Assembly (NCBI GenBank): GCA_002633005.1
Contig: NMRA01000227.1
Coordinates: 241,863 to 305,862, forward strand
Source: Phoronis australis
Lineage: Eukaryota; Animalia; Phoronida
Reading direction: 5' to 3'
DNA: 64,000 nucleotides
Under the pieces are notes generated by a model, which was given only the letters and a program-made list of their open reading frames with translations, was not told the DNA's origin and ran no database searches. Within the stretch, counting starts at the first letter, position 1. Each line of letters starts with the position of its first letter. Shown in pieces: positions 14,101 to 28,100 of this stretch. A program made the translations under genes and the position numbers.

Positions 14101-17100
14101 CGCATTTTGCCCAATTCCCCGAAGCAACATGTTGGGGCCCCCGTCATGGTATCCTAGATCCGCCACGGCAATGTAAAGAATTTTGTAATTATTGACCCCA
14201 CGATCACCTATTTTCTCACTACCTGTGTCACGGAATGAGAGGAACGTGAAAGGTTTGAAATCAATTATTGTTTCAGAGCAAGACTACTAATGGAAAGCGA
14301 CATTAGCCAATCATGTTTGGTTAAATTTTACGATATTTTATTAACATGTAATTTGCTTTAGTGCAGTACAAATTTTTGTCAACACGAAAGTGATTATTTG
14401 AGTGAATTTTCCAAGTGAATAAGATAACCAATGGAAACCGATGTGACCTAATAAAGTTTGGTTAAATTACATAGACGGATCGGGGGGGGGGGGGGGNTAT
14501 TTCCCTTGACTTCAATGTTGTTGACTTGGACCCCCGTTTCGAAAAAATCATTGATCCGACCCCCTTTCAAAAAATCCTGGATCCGCCCCTGAATTATGAT
14601 ATTTTATTAACATGTAATTTGCTTAGTGCAGTGCAAATTTTTGTCAAAGTGAAAGGATTGTTTGAGTGAGTTTGCTAAGTTTTGAGCGTCATGCCAAGAA
14701 TTGTAAGGTGACACTTGTCTCCCTTCAAAATCCAGCTGATGCCGGGTTGTTTGGCAACTGGCCCAATTATGTTGCACACCCAAGCAGAATGAGCAAAAAT
14801 ATGGCATTGAACGTTATACAAACGAGGTAGTAAAAGTCCCATTTCTTGTCCCATTTTCAAAATTCAAAAACCTCATCACACGTACTTTTCACGAACTATT
14901 CAAATATGCTATTTAAAAATTTCACACCGAAAACTTAAAAATAATGTTGTCACCTCCAACGTGTCGTATATGATGGGTATGATTTTCTGGAGAACGGTAA
15001 CATCAGCAGCATGAGGCTATAACCGCAACAGTAAAACTGGTAGTGATGACGTGATTCCTATAAAAGAAAGTCTGTCTTGGACAAAAAATCTTTTAGGTTT
15101 TTGGGGGTGGATTTTGACACTCAGTTGGATATTATGACGCATAAGAACTTCACTGCAAGAATAACTGAGATTAAGCTTTTATTAAAAAGTTGGAGTCGAC
15201 GAAATTCAACGCCGTTTGGTAGAGTAACGGATTAGCCATTTCTAAACTTAATTTTTTTGTTGTCAAGTTTACCAAATCCACCAGTAAAAGTCTTGGATGA
15301 ATTGAATACGATATTTTTAGATTTGTATGGTAAGCTCCTAATGATAAAATTAAACGAACCACGGCCTGTTTAGGACTTGATCAAGGGAGACTTCAAATGA
15401 TTAATATACTTAACATACTTTCAGCAAAGCTTTAAAACTCGCTATGGCCCGTAGATATCTAGAAAGCCCTGCGTCTAAAAGTGGTGAATTACTGTACTCA
15501 CTCTACCCGTTCTTAAAAAAATTTTGCTTCATTTGGAGAAGACTTTATTAAGTTAGCTCTAATTGATAATTCCTACTGGCACGAAGTATTTGGAAGTATG
15601 ACATCTTTATACAAGAAAATAATTGTTGCAAGTAAGGAAAACTTTTTGAATCAACCTTTGTGGTTTAATAGTTACTCGGCGATCGGAGGCACAAGTGTTT
15701 TTTATAAGCCTTGGTTTGTAAAAGGCTTAAGATTCATTAGAGATATGTATACCTCTGATGGTGATTTCGTTAGTTTGAACCATATGACTTATAAGATCGA
15801 TGTAAAAACCAACTTTGTAGAATATATGGTGTTGTTTCCGTTCTATAAGAAGGTTTAAGAAGGTTTCAGAAAAGTGTGTTTCAAAGTAAATTTAAAAGTG
15901 TTTATGTCCACGCTCCTTGCATGCCTTTAGCAATCACTCACTTACGGAAAGATTTGAATGGTTGTAGACATTTTTGTTCAGTCTTTAATGACGTTAAGAA
16001 ACCTTCAGAGTGTAAATGGGAAATAGAGTTAGGAGATAGTTTAGATTGGAAGAAAATATACATGTACGCTTTGCCTTATGAAATTACAAAGGATCCCAAC
16101 ATTAGATGGTTCCAATTTATAATACTACACAGGATTATTGCAACAAATACCTTTTTAGTCAAAATCCGTGTTCGGGATTCTAATTCATGTTCCTTTTGTA
16201 GTAAAGCTCCAGAGACGCTGTGACACCGTTTTTGGGAATGTGGCATTGTACAAGATTTTTGGAATTCGGACAGCTAATGCAAAAGTGTCGCATTCAGCTT
16301 CCCAACAGTCTCTCTTACGATCGAGTTATTCTTGGACTTCATACGAGACGCATGATTTTCTTTTTAACATTTTGCTTCTAATAGCCAAACAGAACATTTA
16401 CAAGGAGAGATGTCACAAAAATATACCTTATTTTCACAGGTTCATTACATATACTTATGAGTACTACAATGCTGAAAAATTAATTGCATACAAAAACTTT
16501 GTATATGACAGCTTCTCTGCGAAATGGGAAAATTTCGTTGTTCACGTTAACTGCATGTAGAAGTTATTTACTTTAATCGAGATACGAGAATGGTCTTTCC
16601 TGAGGTGTGCATACGTGAATGAATGCATGTACTTATTTGTTTGTTTGTTTTTGTGCTGTTTTATAAATGATAATAAATTCTGAAAAAAAATATTCAAATA
16701 TGCTATTTAAAAATTTCACAACGAAAACTTAAAAATAATATTGTCGCCACCAACGTGCCGTATAAATGATGGGTGTGATTTTCTAGAGAACGATGACATC
16801 AGCAGCATGAAGCTGGAACCGCAACAGCATGCTGTCTTTGATCAATACCGCCGAGGTGAACACGTCCAGTTGCCAAATCTCGACCGGTGACCTGTGTCAA
16901 CATATATTATTTTCATGGCGGTGATGTTTTCATACGACCGTTCTGAAACTTTCTTCGCCTAAGAATTCAACATCCACATGCATCAAAATGCAATGATTAC
17001 CAGTTACACTACACAACATTGATGTTATTGTAATGAAAATACTTTCAATAATGCCGACATCTACATTTAGGCCATGGAGACTTTGTGCCTAGAAGTGGCA

Positions 17101-17768
17101 AACGACAAGGCTGTGTGGATTTATTGAACGTGGTACAGAATCGGGTGAAGCCTAGAGTACACGTCTTTGGACACATGCATGAAGGTTAGACCACGTTATA
17201 TGTATGGCTCACGTACGCTAGCGGTTAAGACGCACACCCAAAATAACGTTTGGATACTGACGAAATGGTTTCATGTCAGCCGTGCCAAAGATTTTCTGAG
17301 GCCAAGTTGAGCTGGCCAATCATTACCGATTCGGAACAGTTTCAACATTATAACTTGGCTTTCTATATTCTAGACATTTTAATCGGGTTTATGGCTCCTG
17401 AAATTCTCGAAAGTACGCTTAGCACTGGCTTTGAAATTTAATGATAATTTCAGTCCTATTACTATTGGTATAGTCGGCGAGTGTCGTTTTCTCTGTTCAC
17501 TAGTGCCTGATTGTGAGATTTAGGGCACATGCCATCAATAGACTTATGATCGACTTTTTATCATACATCATTGTTCACGTCACCTGCTTCACATCGATTG
17601 TTATATTTTCCAGGTCATGGCATTACAACAGACGGCAACATTACCTTCATCAATGGCAGTACCATGAACGAACACAAACAACCTGTCAACCCGCCCATAA
17701 TATTTGATTTGCCACTGCCACCTGGTGTCAGAAAAGATGAACATACAGTTAATTGTCATCAACAATAG
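8167..17768 (+). CDS. MPPED1: MPPED1/2-like metallophosphoesterase, copy B; complete, 5 coding exons, about 311 aa
   Basis: Exons 8167-8443 (SDTH, GGD), 9484-9757 (GNHE...YGSPW), 11436-11551 (WSPEFCNMAFNLKRG...THAPPLG), 17071-17184 (GHGD...GCVDLLNVVQNRVKPRVHVFGHMHEG) and 17614-17768 (TDGNITFINGS...PVNPPIIFDLP...stop). The total of 936 nt is in frame with canonical GT-AG junctions. Confidence 0.93.
15032..16690 (+). mobile_element. 5'-truncated L1/Tx1-clade LINE (ORF2 C-terminus) in MPPED-B intron 3
   Basis: Frameshifted fragments FLNQPLWFNS, KWEIELG and RWFQFIILHRIIATN...CSFCSKAPETL*HRFWEC (zf-RVT-like CCHC). Ends in AATAAA plus an A-tract at 16683-16690. Confidence 0.85.
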
Positions 17769-19100
17769 TATTCTTGAGGAGGGTAGCCTAAATATTTAGT
17801 CACTTTTTAAAACAGGAACAATACTAGCCAAAGGCTACTATAAAAAGCGAATAATTTAAATAAGCACTCATTTCTAATGCAAGAGACTTTCTTTATTTGT
17901 TATAAACACTGGTATCAGTGTTACTAAGTTAAGAATGTTTTTCCCTTAGTTCTACAAATACTGGGCATTTACTATTAGTGGTGGAAGTATTGTAGAAATA
18001 CAGTGCAAGTCTAACACAATTTTATGACAATATTTATAAATAATTTGCAATACTATTCCTTTATATTCTTGGCAATTATTTTATCATTCAATATTTATAT
18101 CTTTTGATCCAACCTTTCTGTGCAGGCGATATTAAAGTTCTATAGAACAAGTTTTGCCTCATAGCATTAATGCTTGAATCAGATCACTGCATTGTCATTT
18201 CCTATACTGTAATCTCCGTTTTCAACTTTATATTGAATTATAATGCAACTTCTAGATAAAGGATGCAAGGCACTGGTTTGTTTTAGTCTATACATTAAGT
18301 AATAGGTTGGAGCTTGTCCCAAATTCTGGATAATAATTATTAGAAAGAGCAAAGTTACCTCCCCTGTGGATTGGGAACGCATTGTCCAAATATGATGAAT
18401 GCCAAAATCGCTGTTGTCCCAAATTCCACGATGAGGAAAACTCAATTTTCTCGAGACTGTCCTAAATTGGAGAATTTTAAGCAAGGCACTGGCTAGTTTT
18501 AGTCTATAGAAATAATGGCAGTCATCATATAGATCCATTCTAAAATTAAAATTGTTTTAGAGTTCCGCATGAATAATATTTATTGATAATTACAAGTTGT
18601 AGGAAGTGCTGATATGTACAACATATTAACACCAAACAGCACAAGCAACTGCTTTATATAAAACAAATAAATATGTACACTATTATATACACAAATCCAT
18701 AAATATATTATGTATAAGTAGAAAATTGATAAAACAAAACTTTATTTGTCAATTCAGCAACGTAGAATTAGTTGAAACGATGTCAAATTAAGTGATAAAT
18801 TAGTTTTTAAGAATTTTATAAATAATCTCAAATCTTGTTCCTGTAGAATTATTAAGGCACAATAAATGAATAACATTTAGTAAATTATGACAATTTCCTG
18901 ACCACTTGGTGCAATTAGCTCATTATATGAAGTTTATACCACCATGAATCTTGACATAGCAGTAACATTTAGTTATCACATCTACATATGTTGAGTAGAA
19001 ATTAAAATGTCAACACAACGAAAGACTGCATAGAAGACAGTAGATGTGTGCCTCGAAGACAGCCAGCAGGTTAAACAGTTCTTGAGGGTCCTTGTCTTCT

Positions 19101-22100
19101 CTATAATATGTTACATGTCCGAGACTGAAAGAAAACAATACAATATTTAAGCAGATGGTTTTGCAACAACAAAAACAGAGTACTAAAAGTCAGATTCATC
19201 AATAATATATTTGCTAATGTTCTAACCCATTAGAGCACATGTTCTAAGAAAAGCATATGTTCCACCATGTCCATTTAAACTGTTTGCCTATCAGAGGTTG
19301 AAGTTAGAAGAACCAAGTGTATTCAGCTCCATGTAGGCAGTAGTCACCAAGTGGGTCCAGATGACATCAAAATGTGGGCAGGACATAATGTGCAAATGGA
19401 ACTGGGTCATAGAAACTCATTGAGAATGTAGTGAACAAGTAGTCATAGTCTGATGGTGATTAATTATAAGGAGTACTCAAACAGTACATCAACCAAGCAA
19501 GCGATCGATCCATTTAGAAAGTCACTTGGTTCTCAGTATTTATTGAATGAAAGTGGATATCAGAGGCCAGTTGCACGAGACAAGGTACATGTCCGTGAAA
19601 CTGAAGTAAAATCACATCCATGTTATGCATGTCCATGTCTCGAAATACAAGCTAGTGAAAGCAAATCCTCCTAATGTGTGGCCACATCTTGAGATACATG
19701 CTTGTGAAAGCAGATCCTCCTAATGTGTGGCCACATCTTGAGATACATGCTTGTGAAAGCAGATCCTCCTAATGTGTGGCCACGTCTTGAGATACATGCT
19801 TGTGAAAGCAGATCCTCCTAATGTGTGGCCACATCTTGAGATACATGCTTGTGAAAGCAGATACTCCTAATGTGTGGCCACATCTTGAGATACATGCTTG
19901 TGAAAGCAGATCCGCCTAATGTGTGGCCACATCTTGAGATACATGCTTGTGAAAGCAGATCCTCCTAATGTTTGACCACATCTTGAGATACATGCTTGTG
20001 AAAGCAGATCCTCCTAATGTTTGACCGTACCTCACCAATACTTGAATGACATTCTCACCAAGCTTTCAACAAAGTAACCTCATGCAATATATCCCCTCAT
20101 GCAATGTATCCCAAAACAATGCTCTCTATTCACAAGACCAACAAAATTTGCATTTCATTTGAGAATTATGTGAATTGAAAGTTCCATTTTCAGAGCCTTA
20201 AACTTCTAATTAGGGTGCTGCAAAATTTCTCCTGATGCGACTTTGAAAAAAATGGAGCATAATTAGAAATGGGTGTCAAAACACTCAAATTTTGCCAAGG
20301 CACAAAATAATCAAACATAGAGGTATTTCTGGTAAGGTTCTGACATGTAACATTTGGTGTTTCACACAAGACAAGTTTTGTACACTCGGGTGTTGTTAAC
20401 ACTTTGGCTTAAAACACAAGGAAAATACCAAGAGCATACCTCAGCAGATGTCTTGAATTTAACTGTCTTCAAATGGATAAAGTAAAAGTATTTGATAATT
20501 ATCTCCCTTGAAACAGTAAATCAGATTTCATGTCAGCTATATAGCACACATCCAATGACACACTCCCCCCTGCGATGTCTGACAAGTCCCATGGCACTGG
20601 GGAAGCCCGGGGCCACAAACTTCAATAGCGATGATACACAACCATTTTGTACAAAAGTGAAATTGCCAACTAGGGGTGATAAGAATTTCTGATCTCCCAT
20701 GATGGTCCAATTTTTGACACCTGCTACAGGAAGGTACACGCCCAGAGGGGTCCATGTTCATCGATCTCAGAATAGTATGAAATGCCTGTTCTCTTACAAT
20801 ACGATGACCTCTAGAATTCATTACACTAAACAAATGACATGTTCACTTCATTCAGGAATTTTAGTATTTAAAAGTACTAGGGTTCAGTATCAATGTTTGA
20901 AATTTTTTATGATACTGATACTGATACCACATATTTGGTGCCGATACCAAGTACAAGGTGAAAATAAACTTGGGATATGCTTGGTACTATGTCTGTACAT
21001 TTTGTTTTGGTATCCGGGAACTAGTGCCCAACCTATTAAAACCAGGAAAGCACATATACAAGAGATAGCTTCTTGTGTCTAGAAATGTAACTCATACAAG
21101 AAACAGTCACTTGTGTCTAGAACTGTAACACATACAAGAAACAGTCACTTGTGTCTAGAAATGTAACTCATACAAGAAACAGTCACTTGTGTCTAGAAGT
21201 GTAACACATACAAGAAACAGTCACTTGTGTCTAGAAGTGTAACACATACAAGAAACAGTCACTTGTGTCTAGAAGTGTAACACATACAAGAAACAGTCAC
21301 TTGTGTCTAGAAGTGTAACACATACAAGAAACAGTCACTTGTGTCTAGAAGTGAAGCATAGCAGCACAGTCGTGTGACACATGAACAAAATATCTGTTGA
21401 AATAACTCACTATTTCAGATTTAGGAATATGGGCCTATATACGCATATATATGGTACAGCTCATACCATCTGGTGGAGCTTTAGTCTGGGACTGACGGCA
21501 TCAGACAAGTTAAAGGCATCTATTTATAGAACACATTGCTAGTAAGCTGCCGATTTTATGAATGTTTTAAGAAATACAGCATCCTTCATTCAACAAGCAA
21601 TGGCAATTAGGAGCGAAATTATGAGTATTTTCTGAATTAGCGAGTCAGATTATACTGTTTGAATATTATTTTTTTGAACTGTGGGCCAATGGTTCTATCA
21701 GTTTTGAAATAAACGTTTTGTTTGTCTGTTTTGTTTGTTAAGCTGCCATCCTGGTTTAAAAAGGTTTGTTTTTCAGGTATACAACTTCCAAAAACAGAAT
21801 TTTAATGTAAATCCTGAGTAATTGAATACTAAAAACTGCATTTTTAAGAACAAAACACAGAACATTAACGTAAATTGCACAGCAAGATAACATATCAACT
21901 GCTCTGAGATACCTTGTACATAATATGCCGCTGAGCCGAACGTGGTCTAAGAGATCGTGCTCTTGTTGGCAAAAAGAACTAAAGTAAGCAGAAAAATAAC
22001 ACACAGAAAACATCAAAATTTACATCATGCGCCAAGTTTAAGGCAAACAATAACACTGGAGTGTCATTATTTAAAGTCATAAAATACTATGACGTCATGG

Positions 22101-25100
22101 CATTCAGGCACTGTTATAACTTTACATGTGTCTTGACATGATTGGTTAGAATATTCCAACTTGTGTGTAGGGGCCTATTTTAAAAGGGGGATATATGCCT
22201 CAGCTTGCCAGGTAAGTCTATTGTTTACTGTATTAAAGCAACTTGGCTACATTTTTTAAAATCCCAGTATATGTTTTGAAATTGCCCGAGAAATATACTC
22301 CAAAGGCATGTTTGCTGTATTTGTGACATTCTGAATATCAATTTGACTTGCTGTACAACTCCAGAAGTGCAGAGCCAGTACTGTATAAACTTGCTACACC
22401 ATTTTAAAACTGAAAATAGTTTCAGAATAAAAATAAACAACAATTAATAAGGAGAATACACAAACACCTCACCTTCTAACTGACCTCCACTAACTGACCT
22501 CCACTAACTGACCTCCACTAACTAAGTTCAACATTACCACTTGTAAACTGTACTCACCTTTTTGGGAGGGGGATCTTTTCCATCTTTTTTATCCTTTTTA
22601 TCATCTTCGCCCTTCTTCTTTTCAGTTTTGGCATTTTTTTCTTCCTCATCTTCATCTTCCTCATCTTCATCCTGATTGAAGAAGACAACATTACAGTTCA
22701 CAGCACCTCCAACTGAACATTACAGTTCACAGAACCTCCAACTTAACATTACAGTTCACAGCACCTCCAACTTAACATTACAGTTCACAGCACCTCCAAC
22801 TTAACATTACAGTTCACAGCACCTCCAACTTAACACCACAGTTCACAGCACATACCCACCACTAGAGCCGTGTGCTTTCACAACAAAATATCACATACAG
22901 AGACCAGACAGAATACAATAAGAATGAGGTAAACTATATCAACTTCAAGACACATATCAACATGAAAGAAACAGCAACGTGTTTATATAGCAAATGCCAA
23001 GTATGAACGTTTGACTGTATATACTGCACATACTGACTGAGTATAAACGCTTGACTGTATCTACTACACATACTGACTGAGTATGAACGTTTGACTGTAT
23101 CTATTGCACATACTGACTGAGTATGAACGTTCGATTATATCTACTGCACATACTGACTGAGTATGAACGTTTGACTGTATCTATCGCACATACTGACTGA
23201 GTATAAACGTTTGACTGTATGTACTGCACATACTGACTGAGTATGAGCGTTTGACTGTATCTATTGCACATACTGACTGAGTATAAACGTTTGACTGTAT
23301 CTACTGCACATATTGACTGAGTATGAACGTTTGACTGCATCTATTGCAATACTGACTGAGTGTCAATGTCTGACTGTACGTCCACATACTGACCAATGCG
23401 TCAATTATTCAGACATGTCAAAACGTCCTCTTTCACTTACCTCTTCTTCATCTTCATCCTTCTTCCCCTTCTTCTTTTTGTCTTTCTTTTTGCTTTTTGA
23501 GTCTGAAATATGTCATTATCAGATGGGTGCTCCCAATATGTTAACAAAAACAATGACATGATGGTTATGAAAGGAGATTCCATGCTTCTGCTACGGAATG
23601 TAAAAGATGTTGTTCAATGGAGAGAAAGCTCTTTTAGGCTGATGTTACACAGAGTACACCACAAGAGTCTGTTCAGTTGTCAATGTAGTATATTGACTGA
23701 CCAATAGAGGTCGTATGTGTGGGTAGAAAGGAGTAAGGGAAAACAAAGCAAAGTACCTCGATTCCATCCAAAAACGAGAGGATAGCATCACCTCACCAAA
23801 AGATGCCTATATTCCAAACTTTCTGAAAATCTGTTGAGGACCTTTGAAGATACAGAGGTAAACCTAAAAAACTAAAATTGCCACTGTGGGGCACATTGGT
23901 AGTCAGATCCGTCCGAAAGTTGTTGTCATTCGTTGTGAACATAATATAAATACACTTGCTAAATTTAGCAAAGATCCTGCAAACGGTTTAAGAGAAACAT
24001 CCATGGGCGCAATAAATGCCACTAGGAGGCGCCACAGTAGTAGAAGTCTGAAAGTCATTGTCATCCATTGTCAACATCATATAAATACACTTGCTAAATT
24101 TAGTAAAGATCCTGCCAACGGTTTAGGAGATACAGCCATAGGCGCAAAAAAAAACTGCCACTAGGAGGTGCCACAGTAGTCAAAATCTTCGGAAAATCAT
24201 CGTCAGCTGTCCTCTTTATAGTAAGAACACACATGCTAATTTTCACAATCAACCTTAGAGCGGTTTGGTTGATAGAGGGGTGGACGCCAAAAACAGACTC
24301 TAAAACAGCAAAAATGGCCACCAGGTGGCGAAAACTTCATCGAATCCATCCGAAAACAAAAAGACAGCGTCATCTCACTAATAGATGCCTCTATGCCAAA
24401 TTTTATGAAAATACGTTAAGGACCTTTGAAGATATAGATGTAAGCATAAAAAACTACAATTGCCACTACGGGGCACACCGGTAGTCCCATCCATGAAAGG
24501 AACATATTTCACGAACGTATGTCAAAGGGTTTAGGAGATAGAGCAGTGGACACCGGACGGCGGACGAACGAACACCGGATGGACGGACGCCGGACGGACT
24601 GAGATGACGGCATAATGCATCCCCATAAAAATATGTGGGCGCATAAAAACTGCTAATTCCTACTGTTTAAGTTAACATTTTAAGCCCAAATTAAAAAAAA
24701 TCAAAAATCCAACCACAACACAATACCTTCATCGTCCTCATCATCTTTGCTTTTCTTCTTATTATCATTCTTATTTTTAGACTTTTTCTTCTTATCCTCT
24801 TCTTCCTATTTAAGAAGACAACAAGATACAACACAACTGAAAGACATCCTGTGGAAAGGAAGTACAATACAGTATAAGACAAATTAATGTAATCCCACAA
24901 AATATCGTTTTCCTGCCAGGATGGCCAATGCCGTCCACAGGAAAAATTACTGGTAATAACTATTAGGGAGGTAGTTGCAGGTTGCATGAAACAGTCACAA
25001 ATAGGGACTCAACTAAGTTCCCTAAATCTACTGAACATTGTTCGACTTGTGGAAACACCGATTGCCCTTTCTTTTATTGTTTTAGATTCATTACCAAGTC

Positions 25101-28100
25101 AACTTTTGACTTTGATACAAATCGACAGTGAATTCTATCGAAAAGAATGAGGGATCTTTTCATGCAACACCCCCAGGTTAAGGAGCGAGTCCCTATTTAT
25201 TTTCAATGAATTCTGGGCTTAGTTTTTGGTAATATTATTAGAAAATGTCATTAAGGGGAGCTTGTAATGGAGATGAAATGACAGAAAACATTGCATTTGT
25301 AAGTCCATAAAGACACAAATACTTAGAGACCTTAGTTGCGTCCCTATTTGGGACTGTTTCATGCAGCATAGAATTCCAACGACAGAATGGCTTAGCCACC
25401 ATACTAACTTTCCTGTTAACTACCCTTCATTCTCACACTTGAGACACTACTCTGATGATGAATTTGGCTTCCAGCCATCATGATGTGACACTCCAGCCAT
25501 CATGATGTGACACTCCCATAGTTCTGTCTGAATACTTTTGGATTGTACTGTAGTTGTTTATCATTACTCCTGTGCATTTTATGTCTTCTCTCCGTCAAAT
25601 CTGCCTGACTTCACTGAGTATGCTGGTGCTTCAAAGTTGCAATACTTTGTAATGGTAACCCCACAAAGAGGTAGATTGTCCAACAACATTGTAATGACTC
25701 AGGTGAATGTGTTCATTACCTTGTGACAATTCAGATGGTAGCTATTGGCAAGATGGGGGGGGCATGTGCCACTACTTCTAAAAGAACCAATCAGCACTCA
25801 GATCACAACAGTCAGTTGAAGGGACTAATCACATCTTATAGTAGTAAATGTAGTACATTTGGCTATTCAATGACGTTATATCATCATGTGGCCAAAACAG
25901 TATCATATCGGTTACAGAGTTTCCTAAGCATCTTTTTGGCCGCGCCACTCATAACCTTGCCCTAATAGAGCGCCATACACCTAATCCTGACAGGAATGCT
26001 TTACCGCTACGCAAAAAATCACAAGTAACATTGAATATGCAATACACATGGCTACTGTCGATACTTTGAATGGGAAAACCAATTTATTTAAAATCGGATT
26101 TTGAAATTTTCCCCTTGTTAAACATAACCACTTTGTCACCTTCATTTCTCCATTGTTGACTGACATTCAGTATTGCATGGTTATTGACTGCAATTTGGTA
26201 CTGCATGGTTATTGACGGACATTTGGTACTGCATGGTTATTGACTGTCATTCAGTACTGCATGGTTATTGACTGCAATTTGGTACTGCATGGTTATTGAC
26301 TGACATTTGGTACTGCATGGTTATTAACTGACATTTGGTACTGCATGGTTATTGAATGTCATTCAGTACTGGATGGTTATTGACTGACATTTGGTACTGC
26401 ATGGTTATTGACTGTAATTTGGTACTGCATGGTTATTGACTGTAATTTGGTACTGCATGGTTATTGACTGACATTTGGTACTGCATGGTTATTGACTGAC
26501 ATTTGGTACTGCATGGTTATTGACTGTCATTTGGTACTGCATGGTTATTGACTGACATTTGGCACTGCATAGTTATCAGATAATGCATAGCAACTGATTA
26601 CAGCCGGAAACCAAGTAGCGAATTTGACATTACTTTTCTAGAATGTTGAACAATGAGATAGGTGGAGAAAAGTATATTATTTTGTGTCCACATTTACAAA
26701 AGAGGACGTACAACAATGTGAATTAAATTGCATGAAATATTCAATAGTTTAATGAACCAAAGACCGGTTTAGTTATCTCAGAAGTCGTCTACATGAAATG
26801 GATGAATAAAATGTCTGCTATGCTGGCTAACGTCGATCCAACTGATTTACGTTGAGTAAGAATATTTGACAGAAGTTTCATTATAAGCTCAACTTAGTTC
26901 ATCAAGTCTAAACAGGTTCAAATATTTTTCATAGTATGTATGTGCCTAGAGCCAAAGAATTCAATTCTAACGAGTAGTCTGAAGCCCTGTGTGTCCGCTT
27001 CCTTACGCAACTCTTCATAACACTGAGATCACACAACGACACTTCATTGTGGCGTTGGGCTCCACATACCCTTGTGCCATTCACCGCCACACTCATTTCA
27101 AAAGCCGAGGAAACACCGAGTTAAACGTTAACAGGTTGTGAGTTCAACAGTTTCAGCACGCAAATTGCCATCAAAACTGAATTACGGACGAGTCCACCCG
27201 AGAGCCGTCACTAGGTGATTCTAAGGATGATTCATAGACAACGGCCCAGTAGACTGCCACCACCTCCCAATCTCAAGTAATTAAATACATCGGTGGCAGC
27301 AACAGCAATTTGCGAGCCTCGTGTAAAGCAGAAATAGGTAACAATGAATGATGACTCACTTTAAATTTGGTCACCAGAAATAATCAGCGCATAAGGGTCA
27401 ATGATTCACAGATTGCATAACATAGGCTGCTTGTAGATGTTTAACCCCTCACACTGACATAGAACATGTTTGAAATAGAGTCAGTAAAATCTAACTGATT
27501 ATTGCATTCATATTAATTAGACAGATACTGCAAACCTGATTAAATAAAAATGTACACGTGATAGGGCTGCAGTATGACAAATGATTTACCTCCTCATCTT
27601 CATCTTCCTCTTCTTCTTCTTCTTCCTCTTCATCATCATCTACCACAGCTTTCTTACTGCGACCAAACATGGATACAGAAGATTTCTTGTTGGCATTTTT
27701 ATTTTCGTTCTTCTTCCCTAGATATTAATTTGATCACTTTACATCACTCATAGGAAGAGTTTTGTAGTACTTTCTTACATGACTGATAAAGTTTCAATAA
27801 ATATTTCTTTTGAAATATGATTCATACATAACAGAATAGACAACAAACACCACACTACTGACAGCAATCAAATAAACAGAATAGACAACAAACACCACAT
27901 TACTGACAACAATCAAATAAACAGAATAGACAACAAACACCACACTACTGACAACAATCAAATAAACAGCGTATTTGCTTTTTTCCTAATCCCTTATTTT
28001 TTCGTCAAAAATCCAAAAAAACAATAATGAAATAGGTAACTGGATCACACAAAATATTTCTCAAACTTTCACATACTGTAGTAGAAAACCATTCGTTTTA

